From NCBI GenBank assembly GCA_028873925.1, contig JAPPNA010000014.1, forward strand, positions 3,692 to 67,691: DNA of 64,000 bases, written 5' to 3'. This stretch comes from Bacteroidota bacterium. GTDB taxonomy: Bacteria; Bacteroidota; Rhodothermia; Rhodothermales; Bin80. Positions 49,625-58,221 of the stretch are shown one piece after another. The notes under the pieces were generated by a model. It did not search any database and was not told the origin of the DNA. It was given only the letters and a program-made list of their open reading frames with translations. Position 1 is the first letter of the stretch, and the number at the start of each line of letters is the position of its first letter. The position numbers were made by a program, and so were the translations under genes.

Positions 49625-50914
49625 TCAGGCTGGCTGCACCCTGTTTCCCCGTATACCGTAATACAGAATGATCAGGAAGCAGCCCAACGGGACCAGATAC
49701 GCCACATGGATGCCTGCCAGATCAGATACCTGACCCTGAAGCGCTGTTAGCACCGCGCCTCCCAGAATCGCCATCACCAGCCCGGAAGCACCAATCTTGG
49801 CATCCTCTCCCAGTCCCTCCACCGCCAGACCGTAGATGGTCGGAAACATGAGCGACATACAACCGGAAACCCCGACAAGTGCTACAGCTCCGATCTGCCC
49901 GCCAACCAAGACGACTATCAGCGTGAATACGCAGGCACCTGCCGCCATTATGCTCAGGAGGCGCTGCGGCGAGAGAATCTTCATCAGCCCGGTACACACA
50001 AATCGGGATGCCGAAAACAGCAGAATGGAAGCCAGGTAGTAGTTGGCGGCGGACGCTTCATTCATGTCCAGTTCATTCATGACGTATCGGATCGTGAATG
50101 ACCACACGCCAATCTGGGCACCCACATAAAAGAATTGGGCGATCACGCCCTTCACATAATGCGAACGCCCCAACAGCCGCTTGAGGGTCGGCAGCAGATC
50201 CACGGTCGTATTGCGGTCGGATGCCTTGGGGAATCTGGTGACCGCAAACAGAATCCAGACACCGACGATGATGCAGGCCACTGTTACATACGGTCCCATA
50301 ACCGCCGACAGCTCCGCCTCCTGCATCTGCTGCAACTGTTCTGGAGCCAACTGCGCCCGCTCCTCGCTGGAGGCTTCGTTGAGGCCGGAAAGAATAAACA
50401 GCTTACCCACGATGACACCCGTTATGGAGCCGAGCGGGTTGAAAGACTGGGCCAGGTTCAGCCTGCGGGTTGCCGTGGCCTCCGGTCCCATGGCAATCGC
50501 GTACGGATTAGCGCTGGTTTCGAGTATTGATAAGCCACCCGCCAGAATAAACAGGGCCACCAGGAAGTGTCCGTACGCCATGGTCTGGCTCGCCGGGTAA
50601 AACAGCAGAGCCCCTGCCGCAAAGAGGCCCAGCCCCAGCATCACCCCTGACTTATAGCTGAAGCGGCGAATGAATATTGCCGCGGGCAGCGCTAGGCAGA
50701 AATAAGACCCGTAAAAGGCTATCTGAATCCAACTGGTCTGGAAATCAGACATGCTCATGATCTTCTTAAAGGTGGCCAGGAGCACGTCGGTCATGTTGTT
50801 CGCCAGCCCCCAGAAGGCAAACAGACTGGTCAGCAGGATAAAGGGCCATAAGTATTCCCGCGGCACCAGGGCACCGAACCGGCCGGATTCTGATTTGCTC
50901 GTTATATCCTGCAT
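49625..50914 (-). CDS. fucP: L-fucose:H+ symporter permease (MFS, FHS family)
   Basis: LTSLFAFWGLANNMTDVLLATFKKIMSMSDFQTSWIQIAFYGSYFCLALPAAIFIRRFSYKSG closely parallels E. coli FucP (LCSLFFLWAVANNLNDILLPQFQQAF..SAFYFGYF..KKLSYKAG). 12 TM. Confidence 0.88.
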   Translation of the reverse strand: MQDITSKSESGRFGALVPREYLWPFILLTSLFAFWGLANNMTDVLLATFKKIMSMSDFQTSWIQIAFYGSYFCLALPAAIFIRRFSYKSGVMLGLGLFAAGALLFYPASQTMAYGHFLVALFILAGGLSILETSANPYAIAMGPEATATRRLNLAQSFNPLGSITGVIVGKLFILSGLNEASSEERAQLAPEQLQQMQEAELSAVMGPYVTVACIIVGVWILFAVTRFPKASDRNTTVDLLPTLKRLLGRSHYVKGVIAQFFYVGAQIGVWSFTIRYVMNELDMNEASAANYYLASILLFSASRFVCTGLMKILSPQRLLSIMAAGACVFTLIVVLVGGQIGAVALVGVSGCMSLMFPTIYGLAVEGLGEDAKIGASGLVMAILGGAVLTALQGQVSDLAGIHVAYLVPLGCFLIILYYGIRGNRVQPA

Positions 50915-51028
50915 TCGGATCGCATCTATGGTAGAACTGAATTGATCATGTCAACTTTCGCACCCGACCCTCCACCCAACCGGCCTGAGGGCCATCTCCG
51001 AGGCCAGCCACCAATGGGGGCGATGAGG

Positions 51029-51805
51029 TCATTTGCCTGCATGTCCCTCCCGCACCATTTTCTGGCGGTAATGTTCATCCTTGCGCCCGGCAATACGCCG
51101 GACCTGCGACTTGGGCATATATACAGGGCCACCCATCGCCATCGCATCAATGAATACCCGGGCCGCTTTTTCGGCCATTGAGAGCGCGGCGCTAACTTCA
51201 CGGGCATGGCTGCCGATGGCAATGATCCCGTGGTTCATCAGGAGTATCAACCTGGGCGGGCCCCCTTCAGTGCGAATAAACTTCTCCACCTCGCGGGCAA
51301 TTCGCCGCGCCAGTTGAATGCCCGGATCCACATACGGAATCAGAACACTTCGGACACCGCAGTACACCACCTGATCCGGCATGATCCGCCTGTACGCAAA
51401 CTCCTCCGCAAGAGGCGAGCACATGATAGCATTGATGGCGATGGCATGCACATGGCCGACAAAACTGATGCCGGGCAGGCTTAGGAGCCAGGCATGAAAC
51501 AGCGTCTCCACCGAAGGCTTCAGTGCGGCCGTGCGGATCCTGCAGGAAAGCAGCAGACGTTCCGCGTGTGCATCGTCAATGGCCGTGTCGGCAGCCAGAG
51601 CTTCAAGCAGCAGATGCCGGCGCACCCGCACCAGGTCGCCCGGCTTGAGGCGCTGCAGGGACGTTCCACTTGCCTTGACCAGGAATGTATCGGCATCCAC
51701 ATTGCCGGACACATTCCCCTCCCCTAGGATCGCCATCTGCCGTGGGTCTCCCAGCTCAGCCGCGAGTGCCAGCAGCTGATCGCGAACCGATGCCGTATTG
51801 CTCAT
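51029..51805 (-). CDS. Class II aldolase/adducin-family protein (fuculose/rhamnulose-phosphate aldolase-like)
   Basis: GEGNVSGNV..FLVKASG, HVHAIAINA, LLMNHGIIAIGS. Confidence 0.8.
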   Translation of the reverse strand: MSNTASVRDQLLALAAELGDPRQMAILGEGNVSGNVDADTFLVKASGTSLQRLKPGDLVRVRRHLLLEALAADTAIDDAHAERLLLSCRIRTAALKPSVETLFHAWLLSLPGISFVGHVHAIAINAIMCSPLAEEFAYRRIMPDQVVYCGVRSVLIPYVDPGIQLARRIAREVEKFIRTEGGPPRLILLMNHGIIAIGSHAREVSAALSMAEKAARVFIDAMAMGGPVYMPKSQVRRIAGRKDEHYRQKMVREGHAGK

Positions 51806-52046
51806 TCTTCCCAGCCAGCACCGATTGCGACAATGCCGAAGCCACCCTGCACCCTCTCCGCAGCACCCTCCCCTACCCGGATCATGATCGTCCTAGCCTC
51901 ACCTATCCGATGGAAAAGACCTGATGGCTCCCTCAATTGTTGGCCATCGGCAGGCTCCCAGGTACGACCTGGGGCACAGCACCAGCCGCTACCTGACAGG
52001 CTGCTACGCGCTCCGGCCACCCTTTCCCGGGAAATTCCGGCCATAG

Positions 52047-53273
52047 CTATTCTGCGAATGCCGAGCGGATTGCGGCCAGTGACTTGCCGAGTACGGCCAC
52101 CGATGTACGGTCAAGGGCTTCCCCGTTTCCCTGGAGGTGGATGGTGCGATGCACATGGGTGTGCGATTCACCCGGTGCCAGTGCCAAAGCCGGAGAAGAG
52201 GTTTCCAATTCGTAAAAGGGACCCAACGGAGGTACGCCGGGGGCCGGAGGGCCATCATTGTAACTGTTGATAACGTCACCGCTATAGGGGTCCTCCTGGA
52301 TCTCCCACATGGAATTCACATACCGCGCGTCCTCCTCCGGCATCGTGTACTGCACCAGGGTCAATACTCCGTTGGCCGCGTCGTAACTCCCGAATGTCGG
52401 CATACTGCGTGCCTTGGAGAACCCGATCTTACTGCGGAATCTGCCATCCCCTTTGAAGTAAACCACCTCATCATCGTACGTCAGCCGGTCTGCAGGCACT
52501 TCGCCAAAATAGGCCGCATTCACGACAGGACCTGCTGCGACTTCATCGCCCGCCGCATAGGGCACGACCACGGTCGTGGTCGGCGATGGGTTGTACATGC
52601 CGAGGATCCAGATGGACAGAAGTCCGGTCTCCGCAGCCCACGGTTCGCTCCCGGTATTGGTCACCGTATTGACCGATTCAAATGCGACCAGGTGGAGGCC
52701 TGGATCAAGCTGCAGTCCCAGATGTCCGTTCACGGTATCCAAAGAAAGCAGGCTTACTTCGCGATCCACCCTCAGGTTAAAGACCGTTCCGGAATAGTTC
52801 ACCAGCTCCATAGCCTTATGAAAGGTGACCTGCCTGGCAGATTCGGACACGAGATCCCACGGCCCCCAATCAATCTCCTCCGGTACATGCCAGTGATCCA
52901 GGTCAAATGGATCATCTGCCTTGAAGTAAATCGAAAACTGCCCGCCCTCCGGACCGAGCCAGAATCGGTCCTCGCCGCCGAAAACATTGATGTGGTCCTG
53001 CCGCTCTCCAGACGCGATCACGGATCTGCTGATCCAGCCAAAACTGGTACCCTCCGTGCCGCGTGCCGTACTGGTAAGTACGCGCCCCTGCATATCCGAG
53101 CTGACCGCAACCTGCGCCTGTGCGGATTCATCTGAGAGTACTACCAGGCTGGTATGCTCACGAAGAAATTCCAGGTCTGCGCCAAAATTAGCGGGGGCTG
53201 ACTCCATGGTGGGGGCCTGTTGATTACACGCTGCAAACAAGATCAGTGCAGGCAGGATAGCGTATTTGGTCAT
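52047..53273 (-). CDS. Hypothetical lipoprotein, 408 aa, unknown function
   Basis: MTKYAILPALILFAAC lipobox. Coherent non-repetitive sequence. Co-oriented in the sulfatase/fucose cluster. No motif I can name. Confidence 0.7.
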   Translation of the reverse strand: MTKYAILPALILFAACNQQAPTMESAPANFGADLEFLREHTSLVVLSDESAQAQVAVSSDMQGRVLTSTARGTEGTSFGWISRSVIASGERQDHINVFGGEDRFWLGPEGGQFSIYFKADDPFDLDHWHVPEEIDWGPWDLVSESARQVTFHKAMELVNYSGTVFNLRVDREVSLLSLDTVNGHLGLQLDPGLHLVAFESVNTVTNTGSEPWAAETGLLSIWILGMYNPSPTTTVVVPYAAGDEVAAGPVVNAAYFGEVPADRLTYDDEVVYFKGDGRFRSKIGFSKARSMPTFGSYDAANGVLTLVQYTMPEEDARYVNSMWEIQEDPYSGDVINSYNDGPPAPGVPPLGPFYELETSSPALALAPGESHTHVHRTIHLQGNGEALDRTSVAVLGKSLAAIRSAFAE

Positions 53274-53319
53274 GACAGGAGCTGAGCAGCGACAGTTATC
53301 CGAATCTACGGACTGAAGT

Positions 53320-53400
53320 GTCAGAGCGTTAGGGAAAGTGAGGCGCTAGGGTAATGTGAGGGTATCGGGGAATGTCAGGGCGTTATGGTCAGGGGGAAGC
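53320..53400. repeat. Imperfect 18-bp tandem repeat (about 4.5 copies) spanning the 916-aa gene stop and the following intergenic region
   Basis: + strand units: gtcagagcgttagggaaa (53320), gtgaggcgctagggtaat (53338), gtgagggtatcggggaat (53356), gtcagggcgttatg (53374), gtcaggggg.. (53388). GT[CG]AG core at 18-nt spacing. Confidence 0.8.
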
Positions 53401-56125
53401 TGGCCAAGTCCTCTGCGGACAGCCCGTGATAAGTCTGCCCGCCAATCGTCAGGTCGAATGGACCCTTATCCGGTAAGCCGCTGATTTGAATCACCGCCGG
53501 GTAAGATTCCTCATACGGCACAGGAAGTTCGGACAGCAATCGGACAATGTCTACCCTGAGTATCCGGCCTTCGAGGCGGTAGGCCTGTACTGCCAGTCCA
53601 TCAACTCCGACCGAGATGTCGCGTGCCACATCAATGTACAGGCTTCCCAGCTGCTTCAGCACATCCGCCGCAGCCATCAGACCGCCTACCTCCGCCCAAC
53701 TGGGCCCGGAGCGCAACGGAGTCTGCGGAAAGCCTTCATGATCAATGTTCTCCGGCCCCAACCCGAAAGGGAAAGTCGGCGCATTGTAGATGCCGTTGGC
53801 CGTGTGGCGCGGATGTGTAACCAGCGCCAGGGACGCTCGGGCCGCCGCAACACCGCGTTCAATGAGGTCCTGTCGCCCGATCAGCAGCCCCAGCCGCACC
53901 AAGATTCCCGCAAACCGGTGATCCCGCTGGTCCAGCCATTCGGCATCGCCGATTTGCGACGAAAACCCGCCAAACGGATAGGCCGTGATTATATAGTGCG
54001 GCGCCCAGACAGTCTGGAGCAGTCCCGCATAATCGGCGACCGCCTCCGCAGCATCCAGGTACTCGTGCTTGTGGGTTACTTCGTACAGTGAGACAAACCC
54101 CTGCAGCGCCCATGACATCGCCATAGCATTCCGCGGCGGCTGACCGGTGCGCTCATCGTAAAACGTTTCCGCCTTAACCGCGCACGAATATAAGGCCTCA
54201 AAATCAACCCATCGCTGGGTGGGCAGCACCTCATCCAACAGAAACTGCGCCGCACGCTCGGCCGCATCCAGATACCGTGACTCTTCTGTCGCGCGATAGA
54301 GCTCGCTGAGCACCCACATATTAGCTCCACCCTCCGCATTCCACCGCATGGATGGCCGCGGCACCAGATTTGCATCAAACCAGGCGGGCACCGTACCGTC
54401 CGGTGCCATGCGGTCCACCAGAAAGTCTCCGAAACGCTGCACGAATGCCAACAGACGCGGATCTTCCCGCCCGAGCCGGTGGAATTCCATGAGGTATCCG
54501 GCCGTCACAGCCGCAGCCGCCAACTGGTAGTCCGAGGTCTCCCAGTCCCAGTAGGTGCGTGTTTCATTGGGATCGTACTCTTCGCCGGGAAAACGCCAAA
54601 GACTGCGCTGCCAGGATTGCTTGTCCAGATCGTACAGGGATGGAAAGATCCCCTCGTCCTGCGGAGCGGTCAGGACCGCGTTGATGACCTTGTCAACCTT
54701 CTCCGCGAGGGACATATCAGACAGCGCCTCGCCCCAGTAGGCTAAGCCCAAGGCATCGGCGACATTGTTCCACCAGGCCGTGATATAGGTCATATGAAAC
54801 CACTGCGGCGCAGTCAGCCGTAACATACCCACGGCCTGCCCGTCCGCCTCCCACTCCTGCCAGGAATTCCAAGCCTGCGGTCCGTCAGAGGCACGGTGTA
54901 CCATAGTCGGCTGGTTGTTGTCAAACTCCACGGTGTATCCGTTATAATTGAAGCTGGCGGGATAGAAAGCCCTGGCATATTCCGCAAACGGAAGCGCCTG
55001 GGGCCGCGGCTGCCGGAAATGAACCTTACCGTACCGCTCCCAAAGAAATCGGGAGGCCCGCTGAAAACCGCGGTGGGATGGCGCATCGGAGGCCAGCAGC
55101 AGATCCATGCCATAACGCAATTCATTCCTTGAGAGCGTGCGCACAAACGTGCCTCCGGCATTGACGTGACGCCAGTAGACATGCTGCTCGGCGATTACAT
55201 CCATCAGACCGTAGGCCATCAAGGGTTGCCGGGTCATGCCGGAGGCGAGCTCCAGATCCAACACCGCAGGCAAAGTAATCCGTGACGAATCAATCGGCAC
55301 CCCGAATATCCAGCGATGCTTCTGGGGCCGCGCCCGTTCCGCATACACTCGGTGTTCGTTGATCAGGTTCACATTCGGCACAATGGCGGCAAACTTCCCG
55401 CCGGTCTGTACGATCGTCGCGGGCGCAAAAAAGACCCGATCCGCAATGACATCACCAGGGGAGCGTTTGTAGGCGGGTGCATGACTGAATTCCGGTGTCC
55501 CTTCTTCCGCGAAGGCAAACGGCGACAGCAGGTATTCCAGTCTTGGCGGGTCCCCTTTAACCTCCGCGCGCACCTCAATGTGGATGGAAGCCGCCCCGCG
55601 CCGCAGCGTGAGGGACTGCTCCACCTCTGCGATGGCAGTACTTCCCGACAATATCACGGTTACATGTTCATCGTCCTGAGCAGCTACTTCAAATGCACTG
55701 AGCACCTCCGGTACAATGATGCGATAGGCATCGGCCACCTCAAGCGCCCGGCCATGCTCGTTGGAGCGATCCAGGTATAGTGCGGTCGTCGTAGCGGGGC
55801 GGGGATTCGGCGGCCGAAACGCCTCAGCCACTTCCACCCAGTCCCCATCCCGCACTGCAAAAAAAGTCTGACGGATCCCTGCTCCATCCTGCTCAATGAG
55901 GACGCTGACCCTGCTGTTGGCGATCTCCAGGCTGTTTGCGGTCCGATGCACCGTGACCTGCGCTGCTGATCCCGCTGTCAGCGCAGCTGTCAGCAGCAGT
56001 CCTGCAACACAGCCCGCACGGACCGGCAGTCCACGCGCTCCAAGCCCCGAACGGAGCCAGCGGCAGGTCTGAAAAAATAGGTGGACCATGGCTTGTATCC
56101 CTATCGATGTTTCAATGCAATTCAC
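53375..56125 (-). CDS. Large secreted hypothetical protein (916 aa) with a probable (alpha/alpha)6-toroid-like C-terminal half
   Basis: Signal peptide ..LLLTAALTAGSAAQ (alternative start ATG 56089). Repeated W/Y-rich helical-hairpin pattern (GGANMWVLSELYRATEESRYLDAAERAAQFL; AMSWALQGFVSLYEVTHKHEYLDAAEAVADY). The fold call is inference only. Confidence 0.7.
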   Translation of the reverse strand: MNCIETSIGIQAMVHLFFQTCRWLRSGLGARGLPVRAGCVAGLLLTAALTAGSAAQVTVHRTANSLEIANSRVSVLIEQDGAGIRQTFFAVRDGDWVEVAEAFRPPNPRPATTTALYLDRSNEHGRALEVADAYRIIVPEVLSAFEVAAQDDEHVTVILSGSTAIAEVEQSLTLRRGAASIHIEVRAEVKGDPPRLEYLLSPFAFAEEGTPEFSHAPAYKRSPGDVIADRVFFAPATIVQTGGKFAAIVPNVNLINEHRVYAERARPQKHRWIFGVPIDSSRITLPAVLDLELASGMTRQPLMAYGLMDVIAEQHVYWRHVNAGGTFVRTLSRNELRYGMDLLLASDAPSHRGFQRASRFLWERYGKVHFRQPRPQALPFAEYARAFYPASFNYNGYTVEFDNNQPTMVHRASDGPQAWNSWQEWEADGQAVGMLRLTAPQWFHMTYITAWWNNVADALGLAYWGEALSDMSLAEKVDKVINAVLTAPQDEGIFPSLYDLDKQSWQRSLWRFPGEEYDPNETRTYWDWETSDYQLAAAAVTAGYLMEFHRLGREDPRLLAFVQRFGDFLVDRMAPDGTVPAWFDANLVPRPSMRWNAEGGANMWVLSELYRATEESRYLDAAERAAQFLLDEVLPTQRWVDFEALYSCAVKAETFYDERTGQPPRNAMAMSWALQGFVSLYEVTHKHEYLDAAEAVADYAGLLQTVWAPHYIITAYPFGGFSSQIGDAEWLDQRDHRFAGILVRLGLLIGRQDLIERGVAAARASLALVTHPRHTANGIYNAPTFPFGLGPENIDHEGFPQTPLRSGPSWAEVGGLMAAADVLKQLGSLYIDVARDISVGVDGLAVQAYRLEGRILRVDIVRLLSELPVPYEESYPAVIQISGLPDKGPFDLTIGGQTYHGLSAEDLASFPLTITP

Positions 56126-56134
56126 CCGAAATCG

Positions 56135-57619
56135 CTACTGAGTCAGATTGCGGCCCATGGCCTGATGACCCTGCTGAGAGCGAAGATGCCGCAGGCTTTT
56201 GCGATCATCCATCAGATGCATGATGGCGCGCTGGTCCGTGCCGGCCTGATCCCAGGCACCCAGCTCCGCACGTGCGCGCGCGGCCAGTTCGGTCAGCCGG
56301 TCTACTATGTCCGGATGTGCGGCGGCAAGATCCTGCGTTTCGCCGGGATCCATCCGCAAGTCATACAGCAGCGGCGCATCAAGATCCCGGATTCCCGACT
56401 CCCACCAGACCAGCATCTGCGGACTGCGCGGCAAATGCAGCTTCCACCGCCCTTCCCGCACCGCCTGAAGATTCAGCCCGTTATAGTAATAGAAGATGCG
56501 ATCCTCCATCCCGCCCCCCTCCAGCAGTATGGGACGCAGATCTACGCCATCAATTACGCGGTCTGCAGGAAGCGCCGCTCCAGCCACGCCTGCGATGGTC
56601 GGCAGCAGGTCCATAGCATTAACCATTGCACCGCTTACAACTTCGGCTGCAATACGGGCTGGCCACCGCAGAATGCAGGGCACCCGCAGGCCGCCCTCAA
56701 ATGTGCTCCCTTTGCCGCCCCTGAAAGGCCGGTTGGAGCCGTAGGCGGTGTTGGGCGCAGACCCGTTATCGGAAGTAAAGATCACCAGCGTGTCATCTGA
56801 CAGGCCAGCCTGTTCCAAGGCTGCCAGGACTTGGCCCGTGCTCCAGTCAATCTCTTCAACCATATCACCATACACGCCGGCGGGAGATCCTCCGGCAAAT
56901 CTCGGATTGGGCATCCAGGGAGCATGGGCACGGGTGTGCGACAGATAGATCAGAAACGGATGCTGCGGCTCGGCCCGGATGAACTCAATCGCGCGGTGCG
57001 TAAAGTGCTCGGTGATCGTCGTCACATGCGCATCCGGATCTACGATTGCGTCGTCTTCCAACAACGGCGTGGAGCCATCCGGGCTGGAATTGCCGACCAT
57101 GCCGAAGAACAGGTCGAACCCGTGACGGGCGGGATGAAACTCGGACCGCGCAGTGAAGCCGCTATGTGTCCTGAAGTTAAAACCGCTGGGGATGCCCAGA
57201 TGCCATTTGCCGATGCAGGCCGTCCGGTAACCGGCCTCACGGACCAATTCGGCCACGGTGACCTCACTCTCCTGAAGCCCCAGGTCGCTGTAGACCCCGC
57301 CCACCGCGAACGGTACGCCGCACCGGGAAGGATATCGTCCCGTCAGCAGCGCGGCCCGTGAAGGACTGCATACCGAACATAGGCTGCGAAAGTCGGTAAA
57401 GCGCAGGCCTTCCGCGGCCAGACGATCCAAGTGCGGTGTCCTAATCGTTTCGGAGCCGTAGCAGCCAAGGTCGTTATAGCCCAGATCGTCGGCAAAAATG
57501 AGGACTATGTTGGGTCCGGTCGCCGTTGATTGCCTACAGGCGGCCAAGGCGGCAGCACAGGTAGCCGCCTTAATAAAGTCCCGCCGGGTCAGAGTAGCCC
57601 TGTTTGAGGTAGACTGCAT
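56135..57619 (-). CDS. Tat-exported S1-family sulfatase (Cys-type)
   Basis: LTRRDFIKAATCAAALAA twin-arginine leader. PNIVLIFADDLGYNDLG, CSPSRAALLTGRYP, GKWHLG. Confidence 0.9.
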   Translation of the reverse strand: MQSTSNRATLTRRDFIKAATCAAALAACRQSTATGPNIVLIFADDLGYNDLGCYGSETIRTPHLDRLAAEGLRFTDFRSLCSVCSPSRAALLTGRYPSRCGVPFAVGGVYSDLGLQESEVTVAELVREAGYRTACIGKWHLGIPSGFNFRTHSGFTARSEFHPARHGFDLFFGMVGNSSPDGSTPLLEDDAIVDPDAHVTTITEHFTHRAIEFIRAEPQHPFLIYLSHTRAHAPWMPNPRFAGGSPAGVYGDMVEEIDWSTGQVLAALEQAGLSDDTLVIFTSDNGSAPNTAYGSNRPFRGGKGSTFEGGLRVPCILRWPARIAAEVVSGAMVNAMDLLPTIAGVAGAALPADRVIDGVDLRPILLEGGGMEDRIFYYYNGLNLQAVREGRWKLHLPRSPQMLVWWESGIRDLDAPLLYDLRMDPGETQDLAAAHPDIVDRLTELAARARAELGAWDQAGTDQRAIMHLMDDRKSLRHLRSQQGHQAMGRNLTQ

Positions 57620-58218
57620 TAGTGAGCGATACCGGCCAAATGAGCGTTAATGAGTTCCACCACCTGGTGATGACCGTAATGTGCGGCCAAGTCCTTCGGC
57701 TGCATTCCGTTTGTCGTGGCCGCTCCGGCATCCGCCCCGGCACTCAGTAGCGCCTCAGCAAGGGCCGAACTGCCGCTGAAAGCCGCCCAATGCAGGGCGG
57801 TCCACTGCTGCGCACCATTGACTGCGGTCAGGTCTGCACCGGCTGCTATCAGTATCCGGCCCGTGCCCGCCTCGCCCTGCATGGCAGCCCGCAGCAGCGG
57901 TGTCCATCCATCTATACCTGTCGCTTCCACCGTTGCGCCCCATTCCAGGAGCAGATTCGTTACCGCCTCATGGCCGAGTTTGGCGGCGCGGTGCAGCGGG
58001 GTCCAGCGCCCTGCCCCGCGTTGGTCCACTTCCGCTCCTGCCCTAAGCAGCATCCGGGCAATGGCAGGGTCGCCATTGGCCGCCGCTCGGTGCAGCGGTG
58101 CCCAGTCACCGCTCTTGCCGTTTACGTCGGCCCCTGCGGATAAGGCCGCCTGAACGGCATCGGGATCCGCTGCCTCAACGGCCCGGTGCAGCTCACTTGC
58201 CGCCTGCTGCGTGATCAT
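57619..58218 (-). CDS. Ankyrin-repeat protein (about 5 repeats, no signal peptide)
   Basis: Repeated xWTPLHRAAxxGHxxVxxLLLxxGAxV units (APLHRAAANGDPAIARMLLRAGAEV, TPLHRAAKLGHEAVTNLLLEWGATV, etc.). Its stop overlaps the next start (TAATG). Confidence 0.9.
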   Translation of the reverse strand: MITQQAASELHRAVEAADPDAVQAALSAGADVNGKSGDWAPLHRAAANGDPAIARMLLRAGAEVDQRGAGRWTPLHRAAKLGHEAVTNLLLEWGATVEATGIDGWTPLLRAAMQGEAGTGRILIAAGADLTAVNGAQQWTALHWAAFSGSSALAEALLSAGADAGAATTNGMQPKDLAAHYGHHQVVELINAHLAGIAH

Positions 58219-58221
58219 CCC

